In this document: positions 10,391 to 20,876 of the stretch, piece by piece
Layout of the letters: each line of letters begins with the position of its first letter
How positions within the stretch are numbered: the first letter of the stretch is position 1
DNA from: an uncultured Gemmatimonadaceae bacterium
Lineage (GTDB): Bacteria; Gemmatimonadota; Gemmatimonadetes; Gemmatimonadales; Gemmatimonadaceae
Length of the DNA: 64,000 nt
Assembly (NCBI GenBank): GCA_963822945.1
Contig: CAWGJO010000024.1
Coordinates: 32,001 to 96,000 of the forward strand
Reading direction: 5' to 3'
Notes under the pieces: generated by a model
Databases searched by the model: none
Seen by the model: the letters and a program-made list of their open reading frames with translations, nothing else
What the model was told of the DNA's origin: nothing
Position numbers and translations under genes: made by a program

Positions 10391-10398
10391 AGCCACGA

Positions 10399-10427
10399 AA
10401 ACTACTCGGCTCGGATGGCCATTACAA
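10399..10427 (-). promoter_or_regulatory. Putative sigma70 promoter of yceD-rpmF-plsX-fab (near-leaderless)
   Basis: TTGTAA-N17-TAGTTT, 8 nt before the ATG, no SD. Confidence 0.6.
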
Positions 10428-10472
10428 GTCGCCAAGCGCCACGAAGTTAGCTCGCCTCGCAGGCCCTCGCGG

Positions 10473-13400
10473 TCACCACGATGCGGAGGCGCCGAGGCGG
10501 AGCGTCCGCGGCGCGACGTGGCCAAGCGGGCTCGCGAACTTCGTCGGGGAGTTCCGGTCGGTGCTCGCGTCGAGGGAGGCGTTTATCCGCGTGATGACCT
10601 TGCTCCCCATCGCGTTGAACACGTCGAGCGCCACGTTCCACTTCACGCCGGCGGCTTCGAAGGGGCGCTCGAGGTGGAAGTCGAGCGTGTAGTGCCCGCC
10701 GTAGTGGTACGACCCCTCGGGCGCCAGGTTGATGCGCTGGCCCGCAAGGTAGCTCATGACGGTGAAGGGGATCGGCTGAGGACCGTCGGGGGGCGGCGGA
10801 CCGACAGACGATGTCTTGACCGGATTCCGGAGACCGTACGATATGTATTGGTACGACGGCAGAATCGTGAACGTCGGGGTGAGGCGGTCGCCATAGATGC
10901 CGTAGAACACGATTCCGAGTCGGTAGCCCTCGCCGATGTCACCGATGGAGCGGAACTTGAATTCGAGGTGGCTGGCATTGTCGAGAAGCCCATACCCGTT
11001 GATCTGCTCGTTCGGGCGCACCCATGGGCCCGGGCCCCGCCCCACCAGGCGGTCGAAGCCGGTGATCGAATTCGGATCATAGCCCGACACGGTGGAGAAG
11101 TTGCCGCGCAGCGACGTCACCGCCACCGACGCCATGGCCTCCCATCCGGGCTCGCGAAGGGTGCCGTTGAGCAGCAACTGGCGGAATCGGCGCCGAGCGC
11201 CCGGGGGGTTCGTGATCTCGTACTGCGGATTCCAGGTGGTGCCGCCCTCCAGCAGGTAGGTGGGCACCGGTAGCCCGTCCGCGACGGCCTGCGCCAGCGC
11301 GTTCTTCGGGATGTACATCTTGGGGATGACGAGGATATGCTCCCGCCCGGCGTCGTCGGTCACGAAGTCGGCAACGTACCGGCCCGGGTAGTCCATCATG
11401 ATCACGCTGTCGGCCTGTGCATAGTTGGAGGCCGCGTTCTTGTCGACGAGGGCGATGATGTCCCGGTAGTTGCGTTGCGCGTACGACACCTCGAAATGGA
11501 GTTCCGGCGTGGGGTCGGCGTGCGCGCCGATGACGAACTCGTCCACGTACGGCTGGTGGTAATCCTTCACCACCCCTTCCTGATTGAGCTGGTCGTATTC
11601 GATCCGCCGGAACTGCCCGATCGCCGCCATCGAGTCGCGTTGCGCCAGCGTGATCACCCGGGTCGGGTCCGAGAACGTCGGCCCCATGTATTCCCAGACT
11701 TCGTAGTCGGAGTACGCCCCGGCACCCGCCACGCGGTCGAACATCTGGGCGAACAGATCCTGGTGGTACCGCCCCCAATCGATCGTGAGGCCGGCGGGAT
11801 GCGCCTCCGTCCCGACGTCCACCGTCAGCCCCAGACGCGGGTCCAGGCCGGTGGCCGAGATCGCATGGATCGTGGGACCGCCGCTCACCGGGTCGATGCT
11901 TCCGTTCCACCAGCCGAAGCGCAGTCCCGGATGCACACCGACGCGCCCTACCGTGTAGTCGTCCTGCACGAACGCCGCGCCGTTGTCCACGTAGGCGTGT
12001 TCATGCGTCTCGCCGCCCCAGCTCGTCGGTGTATACGTCTGCCAGGTGGACGCGTCGCCGGGGCGGAAGGTGAGGTAGGAGCCGTCGATCGTGCTCTTGC
12101 GGGGGCGCCAGGTCATGCCTGCCGTGCGGGTCTGGTCGTCGCGCCACACGCCGAATTCTTCCTGCGCGCCGACGCGGAAGTGGTGCTGGCCGAGCAGCGT
12201 CGCGAAGTGATCCAGTCCGACGCTGTACCCCACGCTGGATGGCCGCTGGCGCACGACGAATGGGGCGTTTTGATAGCTCTCCGAAACGGCGAGCTGGTAG
12301 GTGGCCACGCCGGGAACGTTCGGTCCATTGTACGGGTCCACGTTCAGCGCTTCGGAGAAGCTCACGAACTTGGCTTCGAGAATCGAGGACGAGCCGAAGG
12401 TGTGCTGCCACGAGGCGTCGAGAATCGTCGAAGGCGAATGCACGCGCCCGGTGGCCGCCGCCGTTTCGCGCCCGGTGAGGTCGGCATGTTCCGTCGTGCT
12501 GTCCCCCCAGGCCAGTCCGAAGTTCAGGAGATCGTGATCGGACGGCGTCCAGGTGAGCTTGCCGAAGCCGCTTCCGGCGGTGGCGATTTCATGCACGGGG
12601 GAAAAGTGCTCGACGCCAAGCAGGTCGAGGGCCCGCAACTGGGTACTCACGTACTGTCCGGCGATGAAGTAGAAGAGCCGGTTGCGCACGATCGGCCCGG
12701 AAGCCTGCGCCTCGATCTCCTGATGGCCGTCGCGCTCGGGTGTGATGTCGGTGCCCATGAGGTTGGTGGCGTTCAACCCGGGGTTCTCATAGTTGGCGCT
12801 GATGGCGGCCGTGCGTGTGTTGCTGCCGCTCTTGGTCACCACGTCGATCAACCCGCCCTGAAACCCGCCCTCATCGGCGCCGACGCCGAGCCCCCGCACG
12901 TCGAGTTGCTGGATCCAGTGGACGCTGGGCAACACGATGGCGCCGCCGAGGCCAGGGTGGTTGATGGCCACGCCGTCCAGCCGGTACGCGTTCGCTTGCA
13001 CTCCCGCTCCACCCCACATCTGGTCGGGGCGTGCACCCGGCGTGAGCACCACGAGCCGGTTGAGATCGAGTCCCACCGGCAGCATGGCGATCTGCTGTGC
13101 GGTCACGCGCAGCGGCGATACTTCCGTGGCCCGCCCTGCCTCTTCGCCGGTCGTGGTGACCAGTACGGGCGCGAGACTTCGGGGGGCGGGCTCGAGCACC
13201 ACGGCAATCTGCGTGACCAGACCGGCCACGACGGTCACCCCGGTATCGGTGACCGGGCGGAAGCCGAGGCGGCGCACCGTGACCTCGTAGACGCCCGGAG
13301 GCAGCGCGGCGAGCCGGAAGACGCCGTCGCTGCCGGACGTCGCCCGACGCTGGTACGAGCCGTCGGCCCGCCGGGCGCCGACGGCCGCATCCGCCACCAA

Positions 13401-13550
13401 CTGGCCATCCGCGCCGCGGACGACGCCGGCAATGATGCCCGAGGCGGACTGTGCGGCAAGCGTGGCGACGGGCAGCGTCATCCCGACCGCTGTCGCGACG
13501 AGCCACGCTCGCCAGATCCGCCGGGCGCCGGCACCGCCCGAGGCGGCCAT
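10473..13550 (-). CDS. TonB-dependent receptor with N-terminal carboxypeptidase-regulatory-like domain (Oar-like)
   Basis: Signal peptide; GIIAGVVRG...LPPGVYEVTV; plug NAYRLDGV...GGLIDVVTKSGSN; FVQDDY; C-terminal PRTLRLGASASW. Confidence 0.88.
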   Translation of the reverse strand: MAASGGAGARRIWRAWLVATAVGMTLPVATLAAQSASGIIAGVVRGADGQLVADAAVGARRADGSYQRRATSGSDGVFRLAALPPGVYEVTVRRLGFRPVTDTGVTVVAGLVTQIAVVLEPAPRSLAPVLVTTTGEEAGRATEVSPLRVTAQQIAMLPVGLDLNRLVVLTPGARPDQMWGGAGVQANAYRLDGVAINHPGLGGAIVLPSVHWIQQLDVRGLGVGADEGGFQGGLIDVVTKSGSNTRTAAISANYENPGLNATNLMGTDITPERDGHQEIEAQASGPIVRNRLFYFIAGQYVSTQLRALDLLGVEHFSPVHEIATAGSGFGKLTWTPSDHDLLNFGLAWGDSTTEHADLTGRETAAATGRVHSPSTILDASWQHTFGSSSILEAKFVSFSEALNVDPYNGPNVPGVATYQLAVSESYQNAPFVVRQRPSSVGYSVGLDHFATLLGQHHFRVGAQEEFGVWRDDQTRTAGMTWRPRKSTIDGSYLTFRPGDASTWQTYTPTSWGGETHEHAYVDNGAAFVQDDYTVGRVGVHPGLRFGWWNGSIDPVSGGPTIHAISATGLDPRLGLTVDVGTEAHPAGLTIDWGRYHQDLFAQMFDRVAGAGAYSDYEVWEYMGPTFSDPTRVITLAQRDSMAAIGQFRRIEYDQLNQEGVVKDYHQPYVDEFVIGAHADPTPELHFEVSYAQRNYRDIIALVDKNAASNYAQADSVIMMDYPGRYVADFVTDDAGREHILVIPKMYIPKNALAQAVADGLPVPTYLLEGGTTWNPQYEITNPPGARRRFRQLLLNGTLREPGWEAMASVAVTSLRGNFSTVSGYDPNSITGFDRLVGRGPGPWVRPNEQINGYGLLDNASHLEFKFRSIGDIGEGYRLGIVFYGIYGDRLTPTFTILPSYQYISYGLRNPVKTSSVGPPPPDGPQPIPFTVMSYLAGQRINLAPEGSYHYGGHYTLDFHLERPFEAAGVKWNVALDVFNAMGSKVITRINASLDASTDRNSPTKFASPLGHVAPRTLRLGASASW

Positions 13551-13978
13551 TACCCAGAGGCGATCACGTCGCTCTCGGCAAAGAAGAAGCGTGCTTCGCG
13601 CAGCGCATTTTCATCGCTGTCGGAGGCGTGAATGGCGTTCCGCTCCTTGGATTCCGCGTAGAGCTTCCGGACGGTTCCCGGCTCGGCCTCGGCCGGGTCC
13701 GTCGCCCCGATGGCCTTGCGGAGCGCGGCCACCGCGTCGGCCTTTTCCAGCACCATCGGCATGCACGGGCCTGACGTCATGAACGTGACCAGCGACTGAT
13801 AGAACGGCCGCTCGCGGTGGACGGCGTAGAACTCGCCGGCCTGGGCTTGGGTGAGATGCAGGACGCGTGCGGCGCGCACCACGAAGCCCTGGGCTTCGAG
13901 GTGCGCGAGGATCTTGCCGGCCTTGCCGGCTCCGAACGCGTCGGGCTTGATGATGGTCAGCGTCTGGTTGTGAGCCAT
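13550..13978 (-). CDS. ndk: Nucleoside diphosphate kinase
   Basis: TLTIIKPDA, FMTSGP, GATDP, NAIHASDS. Confidence 0.97.
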   Translation of the reverse strand: MAHNQTLTIIKPDAFGAGKAGKILAHLEAQGFVVRAARVLHLTQAQAGEFYAVHRERPFYQSLVTFMTSGPCMPMVLEKADAVAALRKAIGATDPAEAEPGTVRKLYAESKERNAIHASDSDENALREARFFFAESDVIASG

Positions 13979-14010
13979 TATGTAGGTTCGATTATGTGAG
14001 TCGGCGACGG

Positions 14011-14883
14011 CTACCGCAAGCGCGCCTTGATGAGTTCGACGAAATCCACGGGACGCTTCGCCACGCCCATGCCGGCCGCCTCGAAGGCGGCGATCTTCTC
14101 CGCCGCGGTGCCCGACGAGCCCGAAATGATGGCGCCGGCGTGTCCCATGCGGCGGCCCGGGGGCGCGGTCTGGCCGGCGATGAAGCCGACCACCGGCTTC
14201 GTCATGTGCTGCTTCACGAACTCGGCCGCCTGCTGCTCGTCGGTGCCGCCGATCTCGCCCATCATCGCGACCGCCTTCGTGTTCGGATCCTTCTCGAACG
14301 CTTCGAGGCAATCGATGAAGTTGGTCCCATTGATCGGGTCCCCGCCGATGCCCACGCAGGTGGACTGGCCGAGCCCCGCCCGGGTGAGCTGATACACGAT
14401 CTCATAGGTGAGCGTGCCGGAGCGGCTGACCACGCCGACGTTCCCCGGCGTGCAGATGCGCCCGGGAATGATGCCCACCTTGGACTGGCCCGGCGTGATC
14501 AGTCCCGGGCAGTTGGCGCCGAGCAGACGGGCGCCCTTGTCCTTCACGAACGGATACACGCGCGTCATGTCGAGCACCGGCACGCCTTCCGTGATCGCGA
14601 CGATGAACTTGATGCCGGCGTCCGCGGCCTCCATGATCGCGTCGGCGGCATACATCGGCGGCACGTACACCACGCTGGTGTTGGCGCCCGTGGCCGCCAC
14701 GGCGTCGTGCATCGTGTTGAAGATCGGCACCGTGTTCTCGAACTTCTGGCCGCCCTTGCCGGGCGTCACGCCGCCCACGACCTTCGTGCTGTATTCCATC
14801 ATCTGCTTGGCGTGGAACGAGCCGTCGCGGCCCGTGATGCCCTGCACGATGACGGTGGTGGAGTTGTCGATGAAGATGCTCAT
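14011..14883 (-). CDS. sucD: Succinyl-CoA synthetase alpha subunit
   Basis: [31 protein letters not shown]. Confidence 0.98.
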   Translation of the reverse strand: MSIFIDNSTTVIVQGITGRDGSFHAKQMMEYSTKVVGGVTPGKGGQKFENTVPIFNTMHDAVAATGANTSVVYVPPMYAADAIMEAADAGIKFIVAITEGVPVLDMTRVYPFVKDKGARLLGANCPGLITPGQSKVGIIPGRICTPGNVGVVSRSGTLTYEIVYQLTRAGLGQSTCVGIGGDPINGTNFIDCLEAFEKDPNTKAVAMMGEIGGTDEQQAAEFVKQHMTKPVVGFIAGQTAPPGRRMGHAGAIISGSSGTAAEKIAAFEAAGMGVAKRPVDFVELIKARLR

Positions 14884-16024
14884 GCGGCCTTCCCTCCCTT
14901 GGCGAGGGCCACGGCCTGCTTCACCGCCTCGTCCATGTCGGCGGACGCGGAGAATCCGTTGTCCTTGAGAATCTTCACCGCGATCTCCTCGTTGGTGCCG
15001 GTCAGCCGGATCACGATCGGCACCGCGAGCGGATTCGCCTTGGTGGCCGTCACGATGCCGTTGGCCACGTCGTCGGTGCGGGTGATGCCGCCGAAGATGT
15101 TGAACAGGATCGCCTTCACGTTCGTATCGCCGGTGATGATGCGCAGCGCGCTCACCACCTTCTCCGGGTTCGACGATCCGCCGATGTCCAGGAAGTTGGC
15201 GGGCTCGCCGCCGTAGTACTTCACGAGGTCCATCGTGGCCATGGCCAGGCCGGCGCCGTTGACCACGCAGCCCACGTTGCCTTCGAGCTTGATGAACGTG
15301 AGGTTGGCCTTCCGCGCCTCGACCTCGCTGGGCGCCTCACCGCTGTCGTCGCGCAGGGCGGCGATGTCCGGGCGGCGATCGAGTTCGTTGTCGTCGATCA
15401 CCATCTTGGCGTCGAGCGCGACCACCTCACCCTTGGGAGTGAGCACGAGCGGGTTGATCTCCGCCAGCGAGGCGCCGCTCTTCATGAACGCGGCGTACAG
15501 CTTCTGCATGATCGAGCCGGCGGCGCGCGCCTGCTTCACGTCGTCGTAGAGGAAGAAGCCCAGCTCCATCGCCTGATAGCCCTGCAGCCCGTAGCGCGTG
15601 TCCACGCGCAGGCGCCGAATCTTGTCCGGCGTCTTGGCCGCCACCTCCTCGATGTCGATGCCGCCCGCCGGGCTCACCATGAACACCGGCGCCTTGCTCG
15701 CCCGGTCCAGGATCACACCGACGTATGCTTCGCTGGCGATGTCCTCGGCCGGCGTCACCAGCACCTTCTGCACGGTGAGCCCCTTGATCTGCATGCCGAG
15801 AATCTTGCTCGCGACAGCCTTCGCCTCGGCGGGATCCTTGGCCAGCTTCACGCCGCCGGCTTTGCCGCGCCCGCCGGCATGCACCTGGGCCTTGATGACC
15901 ACGGTGGCCCCGAACTTCTTCGCGATTGCCTCTGCCTGCTCCGGGGTCGTGGCCACCTCCCCGGGGGGATCGGCACGCCCTGGGCGCGCAGAATCTCCTT
16001 GGCCTGGTACTCGTGAATGTTCAC
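14880..16024 (-). CDS. sucC: Succinyl-CoA synthetase beta subunit (apparent -1 indel in a G run near 15960)
   Basis: [12 protein letters not shown]...IPPG in one frame continues as EVATT...[14 protein letters not shown]...[11 protein letters not shown] in another; span is 3n+2. Confidence 0.95.
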
Positions 16025-16026
16025 GC

Positions 16027-16977
16027 CTACTCCGCTGTGATGGTCGTTCCGGCTTCGCCGCGGACCGCATCGCGCCCGCGACTCAGCGCTGTGATGATCG
16101 CGCGACCGCCGGTGCGGCGCACGAAGTCCACTGCCGCGCGGATCTTCGGCGCCATGCTCCCCTCGCCGAAGGCTCCTGCGCGATCCATCCGCGCCGCCTC
16201 CTCCACCGACAGCCGCCGCAGCGGCCGTTTTGCGGGCGTACCCCAGTCGGCGTACACCGCATCCACGTCGGTGAGAATCAGCAGCAGCTCGGCGCCAAGG
16301 TCGCGCGCCAGCACGGCCGCCGCCAGATCCTTGTCGATCACGGCGTCGACCCCCTCCCAACCTAGCGACGGATCATCGTAAATGGGTGCCCCGCCCCCGC
16401 CGCACGCGATCACCACCGTGCCGGCCTCGAGCAGACGCCTGACCACGGACGCTTCGTGCACGGCGAGCGGCGTCGGACTGCCCACCACGCGGCGCAGCCG
16501 GCCGTTGCCGTCGGGCCGCACCGCGAACCCCTCCTGCTGCACCTGCGTGGCGCGCGCGGGCGTGAGCGCATGCCCGATGAACTTGGTCGGGACGCCGAGC
16601 GCCGGATCGTGCCGGTCCACCTGCACCTGCGTGATGACGGTGACCACGTCCCGCGGATGGCCCGCCCGACGCAGCGCGTTGTCCAGCGACTGCTGGATCA
16701 TATACCCGATCCATCCGGCCGTCTCGGCCACCAGGACGCCCAGCGGCAGCGGACTCGCATCCCGCCGGGCCAGTTCGTTCCGGACCAGCTCGTCCCCCAC
16801 CTGGGGGCCGTTGCCGTGCACGATGCAGACGTGCCACCCGGCGACGATCAGGTCGACGATCGGATCGAGGCTCTCGCGCGTATGGCGAAACTGGTCGAAG
16901 ATCGTCGACGGCTCACCCGACGGGGCCAGTGCGTTGCCCCCGAGCGCCACGATGGCGGTGCGCGGCAGGGTCGTCAC
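16027..16977 (-). CDS. arcC: Carbamate kinase
   Basis: ALGGNAL, HGNGPQVG, PTKFIG, RRVVGSP, GGGG, AVIDKD, GSMAPKI. GTG start overlaps the upstream stop. Confidence 0.93.
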   Translation of the reverse strand: MTTLPRTAIVALGGNALAPSGEPSTIFDQFRHTRESLDPIVDLIVAGWHVCIVHGNGPQVGDELVRNELARRDASPLPLGVLVAETAGWIGYMIQQSLDNALRRAGHPRDVVTVITQVQVDRHDPALGVPTKFIGHALTPARATQVQQEGFAVRPDGNGRLRRVVGSPTPLAVHEASVVRRLLEAGTVVIACGGGGAPIYDDPSLGWEGVDAVIDKDLAAAVLARDLGAELLLILTDVDAVYADWGTPAKRPLRRLSVEEAARMDRAGAFGEGSMAPKIRAAVDFVRRTGGRAIITALSRGRDAVRGEAGTTITAE

Positions 16978-19440
16978 GGGATGGGCTGCCCGAGCAGGTT
17001 GCCCAGCTCCTCGAACGCCTTGCCGAACCCCACCCAATCGCCCCGGCGCAGCGCGTCGCGCATCGCCTCGTACAGTTGCCGCATGGTGCGGCGGATCTCC
17101 GCCGCCGACCGGCGCCCCGACGGATTGGCCGGCAGGACCACCCCCGTCGCCTGGCGCAGGGTGGGCGCCACGTGCGTGCTGTCGTCCACCAGGTAGACCA
17201 CGTGCAGCAACTCGGGTACTGCGCCGGGCGTCCACCGGTAAATGGGCTGCAGGTAGGCCACGTGCCGGCCGAGGAAGAAGGCCCGCACGACACCGTGCAC
17301 GACACTCAGATTGGGGGCGCGGGCCGCACTGTCGGCGGCCGAGAGCCGGTCGAGCACCTTCTGCCAGATCGGACCGCGCGGCGCGGAGTCCGGAAGCCAG
17401 AGCGTCCGGTGCTGCGGCCCGCCTTCCGCCACGACCACGCCGCGAACGCGGTCCGCCTGGTCCAGCAGCGGGATCTCGAGCGCCGTGGGGCCGTTCCGCG
17501 GCAGCGCGTACCTGGGGAGCTCTCCGGCCAGCGTACTGTCGGCGCCATCGATCACGGGTGGGTGGCTCGGTCGGCCGCTGTCGGCGCGTGTCCCGTATCG
17601 GCCGAAGGCCAGGGCCATGGCCCGCGCGCCGTCGACGGCCGGTGGCAGGTCGGCGAGGATGCGCGCCGGCACGGCGGCCGGGGGCGCGAACAGGCGCGGG
17701 AACCGGCTGATCCAGGTCTGGGCGATCGGATCCAGCACCCGGTCGGCCACGAGTTGTACCTGACCGGTGGACGAGAGCACCAGCGCCGTCGCCGCGTGGT
17801 GGAAGTAGCTGCGCGGTGCTCCGGCCAGCACGAATTGCTGGCTGAGCGGGTACGAGGAGGACGCCGCGTAGAGGTCGACCGCCCAATACAGCGAGTCGCC
17901 GAACACGAGGGGCGCGACGCGGGTGCCCTGGACGAAGAAGGGGGCGATGGCCGCGATGCGCTGGCGGACCCCCCGCCTGGTTACGAGCACCGGGCGGGGC
18001 CCCGGCAGATCCCGGAGCCAGAGGCGCAGATTCTGAACGCTCAGCGCTTCGGCGAAGCGCTCCACGGGCGACACCAGCGGCACCCCCACCACCTGGCCTG
18101 CCGAGTCGGGCACCACGGCATACCCCGGAGTCGCATCGAGGATGAGCGATGGCGCGAGCAGCGCCGCGTCGTCCTCGCTTCCGGGCTCGGGAAGCCGGGC
18201 GGGCGCGCCGTCGTCGTCCGCGGCGGACGCGGCCGTCCGCACGACGATTCCCACGGGTGCGGCCTCGCCGGGATCCGGCGGCGGCTGGGGCGACGTGACC
18301 ACGCCCACGAGTCCCACGGGCCGGCTCGTCCAGCCGACCCGGGCGCCCGTGGCGAGACGCGATTCGGCCTCGACGGCGCGCGTGAGCGGGATGGCATCCC
18401 AATGCGAGACGCCAACGGCCGCTTCGGCGAGCGTCGCGTACGCGGGCACGGTGTCGCCCACGGTCATCTGGTCCACGGCGTAGGCGCGGCGGGTGTAGCC
18501 GGCCCGGGTGGCCTCGTAGGGGCGCTCGCGCAGCGTGGAATCGGGCTGGGCCGGAAAGCGCCGCGCGATGAGCGGCGCCACGTCCCGCGTGGCGATCCCG
18601 GTGACCAGGATGGCGCTCACGGCCGCTACCACGATCCGGCGCTGCCCGGTCCATCCTGCCCACACGACCACCAGGCCGGCCGCCAGCGTCACCATGGCGA
18701 GGACGAGGGCGCCGGGAACGCGCACCCGGTGATCGAGGGCGCTGAACGCCCCACCGGGGCCGGTGCCGTGCAGCAGCACCCCATACATCTCCAGCCGCAG
18801 ATGCCAGGCCAGCAGGACGACGAGTACACCGGCCAGCACCGCGAGGTGGCGCCGGATGTACTCCGAGATGTGGACCCGGCCGCGCTCGAACCGGAGTCCT
18901 GGCGTGAGGAGGTACAGGAACACGACGACCGCCGCCACGCAGAGTACGCTCGCCGTCGCCCAGGTGAAGAGCGAGGCCTCGAAGGGCAGCTGGTAGACGA
19001 AGAATCCGAGGTCGGCGTTGAAGTAGGGATCGGACTCGCCGAACGGGTGGCCGAACCGAGCCTGCAGGCAGGCCGGTCCAGTCGTGGAGCGACATCGCGA
19101 GCGCGGCGGCCACGACCACGGCCAGCGCCAGGGCCACGCCGGTGAGGGCGCGGCTCGAGACCTCCTCACCGAAGTCGAAATTCCCGATGCGGCGCGGGAG
19201 CACGAGCGACACCACCGATTGCCGGACGGCGTAGAAGTTCGCGAAGGCGAACAGCGCCATGAGCACGCCGCCCACGACGCGCAGCGTGAGCAGCGCGACG
19301 AGCCGGGCCTCCCAGAGGGAGAGCGCCCCCATGGCCTCATACCACCGGTAGCCGGCGTAGAGCTGCGACGCCTCGCGGGCCGCGAGCAGCGCGATCGCGG
19401 CCGCGAGGAGGACGACAGCGACGCCGCGCCGCGAGGTCAC
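16974..19440 (-). CDS. UPF0182 family membrane protein (apparent +1 indel near 19068)
   Basis: N-terminal TM helices, then FGESDPYFNADLGFFVYQLPF, ERPYEATRAGYTRRAY and YEAMRDALRRGDWVGFG; span is 3n+1. Confidence 0.8.
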
Positions 19441-19441
19441 A

Positions 19442-20809
19442 TCACACCTGCACGCCCTGGGCGCGCAGCCACCCGTCCATCTCGCCGCGGATCTCGGCCA
19501 GCCGGGCCTCGCTCCGGGCTTCGAAACGGGTCACGATCACCGGCTGCGTGTTTGACGCGCGGATCAGTCCCCAGCCGTCGCCGAACAGCACCCGCACGCC
19601 ATCCACGTCGATCACCTCGTGCGTGGCCCGGAAATGGGCCACCGCGCGTTCGACGATGGCGAACTTCCGGTCGTCGGGACAGTCGACGCGGATCTCGGGG
19701 GTGGCGAAGTAGGCCGGCACGTCCGACAGCAGCTCGCGCACCGTCTTTCCCGAGTCGGCCACGATGCGGATCAGGCGCGCCGCGGCGTACAGCGCGTCAT
19801 CGTGCCCGTAGAATCCCTCGGTGAAGAACATGTGGCCCGACATCTCACCGGCGATCGGCGCGTGCAACTCCTTCATCTTCTCCTTGATGAGGGAGTGCCC
19901 CGTCTTCCACATCACCGGCGTGCCACCCGCGGCGCGGATCGCGTCGGGGAGCGCCTGCGAGCATTTCACGTCGAAGATCACCGACTGGCCCCGGCCGGTG
20001 CGCTCGAGGACGTCGCGCGCATACAGGATGAGCAGCCGGTCGCCCCAGATGATCGTGCCCTGATCGTCCACCACGCCGATGCGGTCGGCGTCGCCGTCGA
20101 AGGCGATGCCCAGTTCGGCCCCGTCCTGGCGCACCGCCGCCACGAGGGCCTCGAGATTGGCCGGGACGGTGGGGTCCGGATGGTGGTTGGGGAACGTGCC
20201 GTCGCTCTCGCAGAAGAGGCCCCGCCCCCGTATGCCGAGCGCCTTGAACAGTTGCGGCGCCACGAGGGCCCCTGCCCCATTGCCACAGTCGTACACCACG
20301 CGCACGGAACGGGACAGCGGGCCGATCCGCGAGACCATGTCGTCCACGTAGCGTTCGACCACGTGCTCCTCGCGCACCGTGCCGCGGCCGGTCGTCCGCG
20401 GCGGTGCCTGGGTGAGCTGGTAGAGCTTCTGAATCTCGGCGCCGTACACCGATCCCTTGCCGAGGCAGATCTTGAATCCGTTGAATTCGGGCGGATTGTG
20501 CGATCCCGTGATCTGAATGCCGCCCGACACGTCGAGGTGGTTGAGACTCCAGTACATGAGCGGGGTCGGCACCACGCCGATGTCCACGACGTTCACACCG
20601 CTCGACGTGAGGCCATCCACCAGCGCATCTCGGAGCGCGGTGCCGCTGGGGCGGTTGTCGCGACCCACCACGAGGGGGGCCGTCTGGCCGTGTTCGGCCA
20701 GGTATGCCGCGTACGCCACACCCACCGCGCGGGCAGCCTCGTCGGTGAGGTCCTTCCCCACCACGCCTCGGATGTCGTATTCGCGGAAGATACCGGGGGC
20801 AATCGTCAT
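19442..20809 (-). CDS. Phosphomannomutase/phosphoglucomutase (AlgC-like)
   Basis: FREYDIRG, ITGSHNP, FDGDADR, GEMSGH, RASNTQP. Confidence 0.95.
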   Translation of the reverse strand: MTIAPGIFREYDIRGVVGKDLTDEAARAVGVAYAAYLAEHGQTAPLVVGRDNRPSGTALRDALVDGLTSSGVNVVDIGVVPTPLMYWSLNHLDVSGGIQITGSHNPPEFNGFKICLGKGSVYGAEIQKLYQLTQAPPRTTGRGTVREEHVVERYVDDMVSRIGPLSRSVRVVYDCGNGAGALVAPQLFKALGIRGRGLFCESDGTFPNHHPDPTVPANLEALVAAVRQDGAELGIAFDGDADRIGVVDDQGTIIWGDRLLILYARDVLERTGRGQSVIFDVKCSQALPDAIRAAGGTPVMWKTGHSLIKEKMKELHAPIAGEMSGHMFFTEGFYGHDDALYAAARLIRIVADSGKTVRELLSDVPAYFATPEIRVDCPDDRKFAIVERAVAHFRATHEVIDVDGVRVLFGDGWGLIRASNTQPVIVTRFEARSEARLAEIRGEMDGWLRAQGVQV

Positions 20810-20820
20810 GTCGGTCCTCG

Positions 20821-20853
20821 AAAAGCGGACGGGGCCGTTCCCGGCCCCGTTCC
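20821..20853 (-). terminator. Putative intrinsic terminator after nuoN
   Basis: Minus strand ACGGGGCCG-GGAA-CGGCCCCGT (9-bp stem, GNRA loop) followed by CCGCTTTT. Confidence 0.65.
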
Positions 20854-20876
20854 TTGTTCGGTGCGCCGCGCCGCGC

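Noticed and set aside
16027..19440. 1137-aa ORF that looks like a membrane protein-carbamate kinase fusion
   Set aside because: Artefact of the +1 indel near 19068. The middle is off-frame nonsense, and UPF0182 and arcC are separate genes with a GTGA overlap.
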